The translations under genes were made by a program, and so were the position numbers. A DNA stretch of 64,000 nt, taken from positions 26,403 through 90,402 of the IMG/VR virus record IMGVR_UViG_3300012668_000143; one strand, given 5' to 3'. This document shows positions 17,649-27,570 of the stretch, one piece after another. The notes beneath the pieces were generated by a model. It had not been told where the DNA came from. It did not search any database and was given only the letters and a program-made list of their open reading frames with translations. The stretch's first letter is position 1; every line of letters starts with the position of its first letter. The DNA comes from a virus.

Positions 17649-18422
17649 CTAAAAGCTCTCGCCAGGCTTGGTGCCGGTCAAAACAAAAATACGATCCACG
17701 ATCTCGGTCAAAGACATAGCGCCGAAGCCGATAGCCGTCTTGTCACCGGTTTCCTTAGACCCTATGAACAGCGCCGGTACGCGCTCGATGCCCCATGCCG
17801 TAGCCTGTGCGCGCCCGTCGCGCGGATTGGGAAACTCAGGCAAGCCGCCGCCGTCCACGGTCACGCCCAATACGTCTATGCCGTATTTCGCGGACAGCAT
17901 CTTGAGCACCGGAGCCATAGCGTGACAGTATGGGCAGTCCGAGCGAAAGAAGAATATGAGTCCGTGCGCCTTGGCTAACTCGCGCAACTGTTGATCCTGC
18001 ATGGCCTCGCGGCTGGCATCGTAGGTCTTGATCGCAGCGTTGTTGACGGGCCGCTTGAGCGAATAATCAAGTTCCGGTGTCTGCCACACCACACGGCGCC
18101 AGTTCTCGGCGAATACCGATCCCTTGTTCTGTGTCTCTTGCCACAGGAACATATAGTCCTTCAGATTCGCGTCGGTCGGCTGCATGACTGCAATATCTTC
18201 CCGGCGCTTTATCTCCTCGCGCATCTGTTGCGCGGTCTTGATGTCTTTGTTCTCGATGCGCTTTGAGACTGGAGCGACAGGAACCGGAATGCTAGGCGTC
18301 GGCTCATCGTCGCAGTACCAATAATATTTCGCGGCGTCACATACCCAAACTGATTGGTAGTCCAAGCTTTGTGCGTGGGCGACGCTGCCGGCGAATAGGA
18401 GTGCGATGGCGTGCAATCGCAT
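17649..18422 (-). CDS. traF: TraF thioredoxin-like pilus assembly protein
   Basis: YYWYCD, LIFFFRSDCPYCH, WGIERVPALF motifs. Confidence 0.92.
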   Translation of the reverse strand: MRLHAIALLFAGSVAHAQSLDYQSVWVCDAAKYYWYCDDEPTPSIPVPVAPVSKRIENKDIKTAQQMREEIKRREDIAVMQPTDANLKDYMFLWQETQNKGSVFAENWRRVVWQTPELDYSLKRPVNNAAIKTYDASREAMQDQQLRELAKAHGLIFFFRSDCPYCHAMAPVLKMLSAKYGIDVLGVTVDGGGLPEFPNPRDGRAQATAWGIERVPALFIGSKETGDKTAIGFGAMSLTEIVDRIFVLTGTKPGESF

Positions 18423-18713
18423 CTATCGCTCTCCATTGGGACGAAGAATGTTCCACGGGCCGAATCGCGTTGATTCATCCGCTGCAATATCGTTTGTGTA
18501 CGGAAGTTGTAACTTCATCGGCTGCTCGCGAGTAGCGATGAGGACATGAAGATCGTAACCTTCGCCATCGTTGGTAAACTGCGGCGTCACGCCACGCCCG
18601 GTCTTGAGCGCATCGTCTACCGCAGTTCGTAATTGCTGCAAAGCCTCTCGCGTTCCGCAAATGTATGCTTCGTCATGCCATGCGCCTTGCGCGTATACGT
18701 GGAGGATGTTCAT
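18423..18713 (-). CDS. Hypothetical protein between traN and traF
   Basis: ATGA-coupled to the traN stop; HDEAYICGTREAL and NDGEGYDLHV look like a conserved small domain. Confidence 0.65.
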   Translation of the reverse strand: MNILHVYAQGAWHDEAYICGTREALQQLRTAVDDALKTGRGVTPQFTNDGEGYDLHVLIATREQPMKLQLPYTNDIAADESTRFGPWNILRPNGER

Positions 18714-19963
18714 GGATTGTCTCCGTAGTAATTGGAAACCTTGTTATTGACCGTGGCGCTGACATCAGTCGTCACTTGTCCGGTATTTATGGCTGTTGGC
18801 GAGATAGTGGCGATAAACTCGGCCATGTCTATCGTAGAAAAGTCGAGCGCCTGAAGCTCAGTTGGAGTGAAGCCGCCGCATTGATCCATCGGCATTCCCA
18901 GTTGTGCGCGGCCCTGACGATTGATGATCTTGGCGAGCACGCTGTTAAAGCAGCAATGGCGTTGCTTGCTTACGGTGCAGACGCCGAAGGCATTGGTGGA
19001 ACAATAGGTATCGATGTGGACGCAGAGATTCTGGCCTTGCTTCATCGCCATTACTTGTTCTTCCTGCTCGCAACTGAGCCATTCGGTGACGGCATACACG
19101 GCGATGGCGAAGGCGAAACTGTACGGATCGAAACCGACGAAAGCGAAGCCGCCGGATGACGAGTAGGAGAAGGTGAACCCGTAGGCGCCGAAGTTTGTGC
19201 CAGCCGAGGCTGCTACGCCTTCGGTCGCTCCCGGAGTCAAGCCGCCGGCTGCCGCGCTCGCACCTTCTGCCGCAATAGTGGCGTCCTGAACCTGAAACAG
19301 CGCGTCATACATATACTTCGATCCGGCCTTGATCTCTTCCTTGCCGACGGCATAGGCGGCTTTCGCGCTAAGGCCGACTACTGTGTAGTTGGTGAAGGAA
19401 CCGCCGCCGCCGGTCGCTCCACAGCAACTTTTGATCGAACTGCCGCCAAGTACCTTGATCGAGCATTCTTCCATGTAGCCCTTGAAAATCTCGACGCCGT
19501 TAGGATCGATGCCGTATACGCCGGCCTCGCGCGCCGCTTCCATACTCGCTGCCGCGATGCCGAAGTCCTTGTCGGCAGGGCGCGTAGTATCGAAGCAGGC
19601 CGCGCTTCCGTCCTGGCAAAAGCCGGTATTGCAAACTATCTTCTCTTCTGTTTTGGCAGGCGCAAGGGGGCATTGATAATGCTGCTCGTACATCGAGCAC
19701 GATCCGTCCGCTGACTTGTCCACGCAGACAGACCCGATTTGCGTGCAGCCTTGGTCGCGCAACGGCTGGCATGTGCTGGTGGTATCGGCGCTGCGGCATT
19801 GGTAACTATCCTGCCAGCGCCAGCATGCACGCGTGATCGGAACGCCGTCTATCGAGCGCGTCTGATGCGGCTCGGCGCAGACTTCGCCGGTCTTGAAGCA
19901 TGTCGGCTCGCACAGGGCCGGGCCGCAGAAGAGAAGAGCCAAAGCTGCGACGAGAGTTTTCAT
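18710..19963 (-). CDS. traN: TraN, Cys-rich C-terminal half (separate gene)
   Basis: Own signal peptide; C.HIDTYCS...RHCCFNSVLAKIINRQGRAQLG, CGGFTPTELQALDFSTIDMAEF. Confidence 0.88.
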   Translation of the reverse strand: MKTLVAALALLFCGPALCEPTCFKTGEVCAEPHQTRSIDGVPITRACWRWQDSYQCRSADTTSTCQPLRDQGCTQIGSVCVDKSADGSCSMYEQHYQCPLAPAKTEEKIVCNTGFCQDGSAACFDTTRPADKDFGIAAASMEAAREAGVYGIDPNGVEIFKGYMEECSIKVLGGSSIKSCCGATGGGGSFTNYTVVGLSAKAAYAVGKEEIKAGSKYMYDALFQVQDATIAAEGASAAAGGLTPGATEGVAASAGTNFGAYGFTFSYSSSGGFAFVGFDPYSFAFAIAVYAVTEWLSCEQEEQVMAMKQGQNLCVHIDTYCSTNAFGVCTVSKQRHCCFNSVLAKIINRQGRAQLGMPMDQCGGFTPTELQALDFSTIDMAEFIATISPTAINTGQVTTDVSATVNNKVSNYYGDNP

Positions 19964-21093
19964 CGTGCGCGTGTGGAGAGAGGAGCGCACTGGCTTTCAT
20001 CCCATGAATCGGTGCAGACACGCGGGCATTTCTGGCGCGTGGTGAACTGGACAGCGCCCTCGCCGTTGCCGGCAACGATGGTGCGAACGAAAACGCTGTT
20101 CGATCCTTCTTTCAAGAGGTGGATCAAATCGATGTTCAGGCTGTTGTTCCAACTGACGCTAAGTTCCGGCTCGCCGAAACAAGTCTCGCAATACTGGATT
20201 TTTCCGGCATTGACATCTTTCGGATCAGCCGGTGTATAAACGTTGAGTCGGTCGCCGCCATACGGCCCGACATAGGCCAATTGGTCATTGACTTTGACCA
20301 TGATCCAGTCATCGAACGCGGCGCGGGTCAAGGAGAAGACGGTAATTAGCGACAAGTCCTTTACGTCGAAGGTCAAGGTGCGGTCGAATACTGCGCCGTC
20401 TCCAGACCAATAGTTATCCTCGATGGTGCCGAATTGCAGGATGTAATTGCCGGCGCCGTCCGATGTCCATGTCGTCGCCATGTCGCCGGCCCAGCTACCT
20501 GCGACTATGCCGCCCTGGTCGCAACCATCGGCAGATTCAGCGCACGCTACGGTAAGGACGCGATTGCAGGTCAACGGCTCGCTGGTAAACGCCTCGACGC
20601 AGGTAACAGTGCTGAATGTGCCTGGGACGGTTGTTTTCTCGATGTGGCACGCCGATGTGCCGCTGCCTGGAATGGTGCCTGGACTGGCGATGGTGCTCTT
20701 CGAATTGACCATGAGCGGATCGGTTTTCTTGTCGATCACGAATTTAGGATGCTCACTTGGCTGCTTGGTCATGTAGTTAACCGCATCGCAATCTTGCTGG
20801 TCGTAAGCAGTGGCGGCTTTGAATCCCTTGCAGTTCGCCTGCTTGGTGCTGCCGGCGCCGCCGATCAATGCCTTGCCGCCAGCGTAGACGCTGGTTTCAG
20901 GCGGACTGGTGTTGTACTTCGGGACATTGGCCGTGCCGGTTGTGGTGTTGATGGTTGCTGTGGCGGCTGCGCTGCCGGCTGTGCTGTTGGAGAAGTCTTG
21001 GCCGGCTTTGAAGGCGTCGGCTGTGGTGGTGATGGTTTGGGCGAGCGATGGGAAGGCGATGGACAAGCAGGCCAGCAACAAAAGGCGGTTCAT
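19960..21093 (-). CDS. traN: TraN, N-terminal half (separate gene)
   Basis: Signal peptide, Cys pattern, RAAFDDWIMVKVND motif; ATGA overlap with the C-terminal half. Confidence 0.8.
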   Translation of the reverse strand: MNRLLLLACLSIAFPSLAQTITTTADAFKAGQDFSNSTAGSAAATATINTTTGTANVPKYNTSPPETSVYAGGKALIGGAGSTKQANCKGFKAATAYDQQDCDAVNYMTKQPSEHPKFVIDKKTDPLMVNSKSTIASPGTIPGSGTSACHIEKTTVPGTFSTVTCVEAFTSEPLTCNRVLTVACAESADGCDQGGIVAGSWAGDMATTWTSDGAGNYILQFGTIEDNYWSGDGAVFDRTLTFDVKDLSLITVFSLTRAAFDDWIMVKVNDQLAYVGPYGGDRLNVYTPADPKDVNAGKIQYCETCFGEPELSVSWNNSLNIDLIHLLKEGSNSVFVRTIVAGNGEGAVQFTTRQKCPRVCTDSWDESQCAPLSTRAR

Positions 21094-21752
21094 CGGAGCA
21101 TCCGCCCATAACGCACCGCCATTTCCGAAAACGGCGGCGAGCGCCGGGCAATGTCATCGAGCGCGAAACCAAGTCCGACATCGCCGGCAACCATCACGTA
21201 CTTGTCTGGCAGTGCGCAACCTTCAGCATCGACCAGTTCCGATCCTTCCGGCTTGACCAGCACCACTGCCGGCACCGAAGTTATGCGGTACTTGGTGAAG
21301 GCGTTAGGGTTGATCTGTACGTTGCCGCCAACCTCGCCTAGTTCCTTGATTGCGAGTGCCGTAGCCTTGATCGATCCATCCTTGAAGCCGCGCATTACTA
21401 CGGTGCCGCCGGCGCGAGTGGCATCGGCGATAGCGCGCTTGAGCGATTCGGCGGGCATGGTAAAGCTGGCGAATACCATCAAGCCATCGGCATTGCGTGC
21501 CGCGGCCTTGTGCTCGTAGCGAGCTGCCAGCGCTTCTACATCGACGCGGCTTGGCTCCGGCGTGGCGATGTTCGGAAAAGAATTTACGGGATTAGCTGTC
21601 GCTGGATTGTCCGTGGCGAACATGGATTTGCGCTCTGCTTCGATGCGCGTGCGCTCTTTATCGATCTGGGCCGCTGTCGGTGTCTGCGCGCAACAGAACG
21701 GAGGGCCGGTGAAAATGAGGGCGATGAGAGCGCCGATGAGCGTGGTGTTCAC
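21090..21752 (-). CDS. trbC: TrbC pilin assembly protein (F-type)
   Basis: LMVFASFTMPAESLKR, VVMRGF, INPNAFTKYRITSVPAVV, GDVGLGFALD; GTGA overlap with traU. Confidence 0.9.
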   Translation of the reverse strand: MNTTLIGALIALIFTGPPFCCAQTPTAAQIDKERTRIEAERKSMFATDNPATANPVNSFPNIATPEPSRVDVEALAARYEHKAAARNADGLMVFASFTMPAESLKRAIADATRAGGTVVMRGFKDGSIKATALAIKELGEVGGNVQINPNAFTKYRITSVPAVVLVKPEGSELVDAEGCALPDKYVMVAGDVGLGFALDDIARRSPPFSEMAVRYGRMLR

Positions 21753-22741
21753 AGCCCCACTCCGAGACAGCAATTCCTCTTCCGAAAAACCATATAGGCG
21801 AAATCCTCGCCCTTGTACGGATAGGACTTGCCAGCGCCCCACACGGCAGTCGAGCGCCCGAACGGTTGACAGCACTTGCCGGCGATCTTGATCGTTTGCG
21901 GGATCGGGTAGACCATCTGATATTTGTATTGGGTCTTGTCCATGACTGGCTGCGGGTAGTAGCCGCACACAGCATCAGGGCCGGACGTACCCCACATCAG
22001 GAACTCGCGATGCAGCTTGGCCGTCATGCGCTGCGCCACGAGCGAGCTTGCCTGCACCAGCGAGACGTGCGCCTGCACATGGCCGTTGAACGGATAGATA
22101 CTGCCGTTGCAACCGGCACACCAGAAGAGAGTGTTCGAGCCGAAGCCGGCTGTAGCCAGTACGCAGTCGGCGGCGCAGGCGGCCTGTGCGATGGGATTGC
22201 CGAACAGGAACGTTTCAGGGTTGAGCAGCATCGTCAGCTCGTCGTCGTTCCACGTCGGGTCTAGTTCGGTCATGTACGCCACGTCGAACGAGCCGGTTTC
22301 GAGGCATGGGTTGTCGAGCACGACTTCGAGGTAGTACAGCACCGGATCGACATACCAGTGCGCCTGCCAACTGGACTGCCGCGTGTTGTCGGCCTGAAGT
22401 CTGACTTCTCCTTCCGGCGCGCGTACTCCTGGATCGAGCGATAAGCCGCCGAGAGACACGAAACAGTATGGGGTGCGGGTCACGTCTACACGGCGCGCAG
22501 GTTCCCAAAAGGATGTCTTGATGCCGACTATCGGCGGCGAGGAGCAGGCGCAGAGAAAGCCTTCAGGATTAATCGTATCGTCTTGCTCTGGGCCGGTAAT
22601 CGTCGTGCCGCCTATCGTCATCGGAAACATGCATGACCAGCAAATGTCGGTGATGGGATTGGCGAAGGCACCGACGCAAACTCCGGCGAAAGACTGGTTA
22701 ACGGCAAAGAGCAAAAAGGCGCTGGCAAGGATGCGGCTCAT
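21749..22741 (-). CDS. traU: TraU
   Basis: NPITDICWSCMFP, FWEPARRVDVTRTPYCF, YMTELDPTWNDDEL, KRNCC. Confidence 0.95.
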   Translation of the reverse strand: MSRILASAFLLFAVNQSFAGVCVGAFANPITDICWSCMFPMTIGGTTITGPEQDDTINPEGFLCACSSPPIVGIKTSFWEPARRVDVTRTPYCFVSLGGLSLDPGVRAPEGEVRLQADNTRQSSWQAHWYVDPVLYYLEVVLDNPCLETGSFDVAYMTELDPTWNDDELTMLLNPETFLFGNPIAQAACAADCVLATAGFGSNTLFWCAGCNGSIYPFNGHVQAHVSLVQASSLVAQRMTAKLHREFLMWGTSGPDAVCGYYPQPVMDKTQYKYQMVYPIPQTIKIAGKCCQPFGRSTAVWGAGKSYPYKGEDFAYMVFRKRNCCLGVGL

Positions 22742-23373
22742 TGCAGCGATCCTGCCGGCACTTCTTCCAACAACAGCATTGCGCCTTGCTGACTGATAAC
22801 CGTCGGCACGGCGTGCACGCCGAAGCGCTGCGACAACTTGCCGTGCTGGTCGTAGTAGACTTGAGTTTTCCACGCCTTTGACGTGTCGTACCATGAGCCG
22901 GCGACGAGGATCGGTTTTACTTTTGTAGCGTACTTAATCACTAGCTTGTGTACGGCTTCGACCTGGGCTTGATCGCGTCCGTCGAAGAATACGAGGCGCT
23001 TGCTGAGTTTGGTGATGAGAAGCGGATTTATCTTCGCTCCGGCGGGTACGACTATCTGCCCGTCGTCGGTTTTGATCGCATGGGTGTAGGTCACGGTCGG
23101 GTCGATCAATCGCTGTGAGCGTTCGCGGACGGTTGCGATGCCTTCGACCTGACGTGGATTCTTGGCGCTGTGGATCGAGCGCCGGACGGCCTCTTGCTGA
23201 ATGCGCTTCAGATCGCCGCTGCGCTCTTTCTCTTTCAGGCGCTTCATTATCGTGGTTAAAGCGTTTTCTTCGCCGATGGGATAGGTGGGGCCGATGGTGC
23301 CGAGATTGGACGCTGCGTAGGACGGCACAGCAAGAGCGACAAACAGAATGGACAGAACTCGTATGTGGTTCAT
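22738..23373 (-). CDS. traW: TraW
   Basis: LGTIGPTYPIGE, IDPTVTY, INPL, LVFFDGRDQAQV, YYDQHGKLSQRFGVHAVP. Confidence 0.93.
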   Translation of the reverse strand: MNHIRVLSILFVALAVPSYAASNLGTIGPTYPIGEENALTTIMKRLKEKERSGDLKRIQQEAVRRSIHSAKNPRQVEGIATVRERSQRLIDPTVTYTHAIKTDDGQIVVPAGAKINPLLITKLSKRLVFFDGRDQAQVEAVHKLVIKYATKVKPILVAGSWYDTSKAWKTQVYYDQHGKLSQRFGVHAVPTVISQQGAMLLLEEVPAGSLQ

Positions 23374-23524
23374 TTCAGAGCACGCGCCCATATTCCACCA
23401 AGCATCGCAGATGCTAAACTTATAAAAACATTATCGAAGTCACTTATTGGATGCGTGGCTATTGCCCTTAATGCGATATAAAACACTATCGTGCCGACCA
23501 ATATTTTTATGAATTCTTCCACGA

Positions 23525-24076
23525 TCAAAAAACCTCGTAAGCCTTGCCAATAATGTCCGCCTGCTTGACATTCCCCGTCAGCGCATAGCGTGAGTCGAGG
23601 CTGTTGGGGTTCGGCGTGGATAGGAAATATTCGCCTTTCGGTATAACCCCGCCTTCAGCCGGAACGAGCGGAACGCCGGCAAGAGACCTAGGCTTGGCTT
23701 TGCCGATGTGGTCGTTGCCTACCCAGAAGTCATCGTATACCCGCGTTACCGTATCGCCCGGAACGCCCGACACGCGCTTGATGAACGTGGTGCCAGCCGG
23801 GTACGTCGCGCCGCCAGTCCATCTGTAAGCAACGAGATCGCCTTTTACAAACGGCTCGCCCGGCTTGTGCAGGTAGAAGTGACCTGGAAGGCTCTCGGTC
23901 AGGTTCTCGGTCATTTGGTAGCCGAATAGGTAGGCTATAAGCAGGGCGATGGTGATCGCACCGACGAAATAGCCGAGTCCTTTGAATATCTTGATCGGCA
24001 TGCGGAAATAGCCGCAGACCGCAGGGGATACGGCCAGGCCCCAGATGACGAGCGACGTAATGGCTACGGTCTTCAA
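23525..24076 (-). CDS. trhF: S26 conjugative pilin-maturation peptidase (TrhF-like)
   Basis: NLTESLPG (Ser), FIKRVSGVPGD (Lys), NSLDSRY; TTGA overlap with the upstream gene. Confidence 0.85.
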   Translation of the reverse strand: MKTVAITSLVIWGLAVSPAVCGYFRMPIKIFKGLGYFVGAITIALLIAYLFGYQMTENLTESLPGHFYLHKPGEPFVKGDLVAYRWTGGATYPAGTTFIKRVSGVPGDTVTRVYDDFWVGNDHIGKAKPRSLAGVPLVPAEGGVIPKGEYFLSTPNPNSLDSRYALTGNVKQADIIGKAYEVF

Positions 24077-24438
24077 GTTGGCCTCTTCGCGCGTTCGCGG
24101 ATCAGATCGGTGTAGTCGATAGTCGTGCCGCCAAGTAGCGCGGCCTTGTTCACGAGCACGCAACGGCACTCGGCGCCGAGTGTGTCCAGCGCTACCGATA
24201 GGCGCTTGGCGAATTCGACCGTCAGTTTTTCTACGGCGGCGCGCTGCGCTTCGCTGATGCTGTCGCCTTTGCCAAGCACGTCTATCGTCGGCTTCTGCGC
24301 TTCCTGTACGAGCTTTTGCAGATCGACTGTGGCTACCGGCGCGGGCATGTTGCGATAGGCCATGTAGCCGACGGGCGTGAGCGCAAGCAAGGTGACGAAT
24401 ACTGAAACGAGGACGGTGAGGAAGTATTCGCTACGCAT
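24073..24438 (-). CDS. trbI: TrbI-like F-type pilus protein
   Basis: N-terminal TM followed by VATVDLQKLV; position immediately after traC. Confidence 0.6.
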   Translation of the reverse strand: MRSEYFLTVLVSVFVTLLALTPVGYMAYRNMPAPVATVDLQKLVQEAQKPTIDVLGKGDSISEAQRAAVEKLTVEFAKRLSVALDTLGAECRCVLVNKAALLGGTTIDYTDLIRERAKRPT

Positions 24439-27043
24439 CTATGCCTCTGCGTTCTAGCATGATCGTCAGCGTATCGAGCGTGCTGTAGCCTTTCCCCAAT
24501 AGCGCTTGCGCCTCGTTGAAGTCCGCCGGCTTGCTCGACGCCATCAGGAGCGAGAACGGATCGGGAATGTGACGCACTACCGCATCGCCATTGGGCGAGG
24601 AGATCAGCATTTCCGAGTATTGGCCGCCTTCGGTGCGCAGCGACGTGAGCATTTTGAGGACTGCCGGGCTGAAGGAGATAACTTCATCGGCGATGAGTTT
24701 GTCCAGGCTCTTGCGATCCTGCCGCAGCAGTATCTTCCAGTCGGCATTGTTATATGCGGCTTCGGACGCGGCGTTGGCGTAGGCGTCCTGTATCCCTTGC
24801 GTGGCGACGCAAAAAAAGCCGTCGTATTTGCGAGCGCGCCGGTAGCCCTCTTCGATGAATTCGGCGCTTTCCTTGTCGGCCCCAAGGAGTTGCCACGCTT
24901 CGTCGATAACACAGCCCTTTTTCCGTGTGCGCGTGCGGTACATATCGTGCGTAATGCGCGAGATGAGAACGAACAGCACGACGCGGCGCAGATCGGGAGC
25001 GGCCTTCAGTTCTTCCAGTTCAAGTCCGATCATGTCGCCGTCGAGATTGATCGTGGCGCGTCCGTTGAAGTAGGCGCCGTAGATGCCGTCGGTGGTGAAT
25101 GGCTGGAGTTGCTTGGCAAGTTCATAAGCAACCCGCTCCGGTTCGCCGTTCTCGTTGAGCATGCCGGTAAGCAGATAATCGCGGATGAGCGTCGGATTCG
25201 TGTCTTGTCCGTGCTCGTGCCACACCGCAGTAATTGCTTCTCCGATCAGGGCGTATTGAAACGGGGTGAGCGGTTCATTCGGCGATGCCATGCGCGCCAC
25301 CATCGGCTTCAGGAGCCGCAGTTCATCGTTAAAGCTGTTCTCGCTATCCTCTCCTACCCATGAAAACGGGTTGAGGCAGATGTGGCTGTGCGAGGCGAAC
25401 TCGATGAAGGTGCCTTTCTCAAGGGCAATCAGGTTCTTATACGAGCGGCCCACGTCGATCACCCATAGCCTTGCGCCGATGCCGCGATACGAACTGATAA
25501 TTTCATTCATCAGCACCGACTTCCCGGAACCGGACACGCCTGCCACGAAAATATTGAAATTGCCCTGCTTGTTCGAAAAGAAGTCGAGGAAGGTAGGCGT
25601 GCCGCGTCTGCCGAAAAACAGCATCACAGGATCGCCAGCGCCTTTCCATTCGGCGATGACTGGCGACATATCGACTGCGTTTACAGTGGTTTTCGTCGTC
25701 ATCACGCGAAAGCTGCGCAGATCGGCGCGTGCTCCTGCGGTGAGCGTCATCGGCAGACTGGCGTACAAGAGCGGCAAATGCAGTGCGTCGAGCGTGCCGA
25801 TGGTGAAGCGCTCGGAGCGCCAGATGTTTTGCGCAACCTGTGCGGCGCTGTTCATGAGCTTGGTCGGCGCGAACAACAGGAGCGTGTGATACAGCTCTGT
25901 CATCGTGCCGCCGGAGTTAAGCTGGTGTATGACGGTTTTCCAATCGTCGGCCTGCCTGGTAAGCTCCGGCTGATACTTCGCCATCTTGCTTTCGGCGTTT
26001 TGCTGGGCGCGCATCGCCTTCATCTGCGCCTTGGCGTCAACTTCGGCAGGATCGAGCGTGAAGATGCCGCCGCAAATCAGGAACGGGCATGGGTACTGCA
26101 AACCATCATCGAAGAAACTGCCGATGATGTTCGCCATCTGCCATAGTTCTTTTTTGTGCGGGTATTGCAGCACGCCAAAGGCGCGCATGGCAATCCGCTT
26201 GTCCGGCTCCGATACGGTATCAGGCGGTATGCCGAACAGCACTTCGTTATGCTTGACGCGCACGTGCTGACCGAATGGGGTGATTTGCTCCTTGATCGAT
26301 TTGCAATCGTCGTAGGCCATTTCAGGAACCGGCGCGTTGCCGAACATCAGCGCCGGGTCGAGCAATGGTCGAACGAAACTAATCAGTGCGGCTGCGTCGA
26401 ATGGAAACGCGGGCAAGCCTGATGTCTTTAGCTGGCACAGCAAGGTCTCGCGCAACTCAGACATTTCATGGCACAGCCGTTTATCCTGATACGTGCCGCT
26501 GCGCGTTACGGAAAACACGAGACGCATGGTTTTCACTACGTAGTTGCCGGACGGAAACAGCGGTCGTCCTTTGGATCGGCTGACGTAATCGACGCGACGT
26601 TGTGCCAGTTCGCTGAAGAAGGCAGAGGTACGGTCATTGTCAACGGCCACATGGCGCAGGTCTAAATACGCCTGAAACTGGTCATCGAGCAGCGGGCTAC
26701 CGAACAGGCACCATTGCACGCCGCAGCCGGGAGGAATCGGCGTGAATAGCTGCGTCAGCTTGTTGGTCATCTCGCTGTCAGCGCCGGTCTGCGGCAGCAC
26801 TTCGAAGCAGAATGCTACCGAGTTGTCGTTGTAGAAAAGTCCGTTGTCGGCGTCGTATTGATCGTATTTGAGAATGTTGTGAATGCCGTGGATCGATTTG
26901 GCTACATCGTGAATGTCGCCGCCGCCGGCGAGTAGACGCTGTGAGACTTCTACCGGGGCAGATACCTTGCCGTGATCCGGGCCTTTGCCGAGAAACTTGG
27001 CGTCGAAGAAGTCTTTAAAAATGTTTGGCAGAGAGAGTGCCAT
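24431..27043 (-). CDS. traC: TraC VirB4-family ATPase
   Basis: Walker A GVSGSGKS, VIDVGRSY, Walker B VIDEAWQLL, RRARKYDG. Confidence 0.96.
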   Translation of the reverse strand: MALSLPNIFKDFFDAKFLGKGPDHGKVSAPVEVSQRLLAGGGDIHDVAKSIHGIHNILKYDQYDADNGLFYNDNSVAFCFEVLPQTGADSEMTNKLTQLFTPIPPGCGVQWCLFGSPLLDDQFQAYLDLRHVAVDNDRTSAFFSELAQRRVDYVSRSKGRPLFPSGNYVVKTMRLVFSVTRSGTYQDKRLCHEMSELRETLLCQLKTSGLPAFPFDAAALISFVRPLLDPALMFGNAPVPEMAYDDCKSIKEQITPFGQHVRVKHNEVLFGIPPDTVSEPDKRIAMRAFGVLQYPHKKELWQMANIIGSFFDDGLQYPCPFLICGGIFTLDPAEVDAKAQMKAMRAQQNAESKMAKYQPELTRQADDWKTVIHQLNSGGTMTELYHTLLLFAPTKLMNSAAQVAQNIWRSERFTIGTLDALHLPLLYASLPMTLTAGARADLRSFRVMTTKTTVNAVDMSPVIAEWKGAGDPVMLFFGRRGTPTFLDFFSNKQGNFNIFVAGVSGSGKSVLMNEIISSYRGIGARLWVIDVGRSYKNLIALEKGTFIEFASHSHICLNPFSWVGEDSENSFNDELRLLKPMVARMASPNEPLTPFQYALIGEAITAVWHEHGQDTNPTLIRDYLLTGMLNENGEPERVAYELAKQLQPFTTDGIYGAYFNGRATINLDGDMIGLELEELKAAPDLRRVVLFVLISRITHDMYRTRTRKKGCVIDEAWQLLGADKESAEFIEEGYRRARKYDGFFCVATQGIQDAYANAASEAAYNNADWKILLRQDRKSLDKLIADEVISFSPAVLKMLTSLRTEGGQYSEMLISSPNGDAVVRHIPDPFSLLMASSKPADFNEAQALLGKGYSTLDTLTIMLERRGIDA

Positions 27044-27045
27044 GG

Positions 27046-27570
27046 TTACTCCGCCGCAGGTTTAGCGGCAGCGAAGCTCGGCAGAGTCAGGCTGCTTGTG
27101 CTTGAGTCTGTAGGCGCTGTCTTGATAGGTGCCTCTGTTGCCTGCGCACTCGGCGGTCGTACCGGGCGATAGGCATCGCGGATGCGCGCATGGCTGTGCT
27201 CTATTAACCACTTGCCGCTGCTCACGGTCATGTAGAGATAGTTCTGGTCGTGCAGGTCGCCGTCGTTGTCTTCCCACGGGGCGAACCACACGCGCATCAC
27301 TACCGGCGCGCTGCGAATCGGCGTACCGCTGGAGATCGGCTGAGTCAGTGCGCCGGTCGTGGCGGCTGCTTGCGGCGCCTTGCCGTGGCGATTGACGCGC
27401 TGGCCCGGAAGGTTGTTGGCTTCGGCGTTGGCGTAGATGCCGGTCATGGACTCGCACAGCACGCCGTCCGGGGCCTTGCAGGAAAACGATGTTTTGGCGT
27501 CGAGGCCGGACATGCTTGAGCAGCCGGAGAGAGCGAGCGCGCAGAGCGCAGGAATTATGGCGAGTTTCAT
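27046..27570 (-). CDS. traV: TraV lipoprotein
   Basis: Lipobox LSGC, FSCKAPDGVLCES, VMRVWFAPWED.DGDLH. Confidence 0.93.
   Translation of the reverse strand: MKLAIIPALCALALSGCSSMSGLDAKTSFSCKAPDGVLCESMTGIYANAEANNLPGQRVNRHGKAPQAAATTGALTQPISSGTPIRSAPVVMRVWFAPWEDNDGDLHDQNYLYMTVSSGKWLIEHSHARIRDAYRPVRPPSAQATEAPIKTAPTDSSTSSLTLPSFAAAKPAAE

Noticed and set aside
23374-23524. AT-rich gap between trhF and traW as an ncRNA or insertion remnant
   Set aside because: No repeat, stable structure or convincing promoter could be identified.
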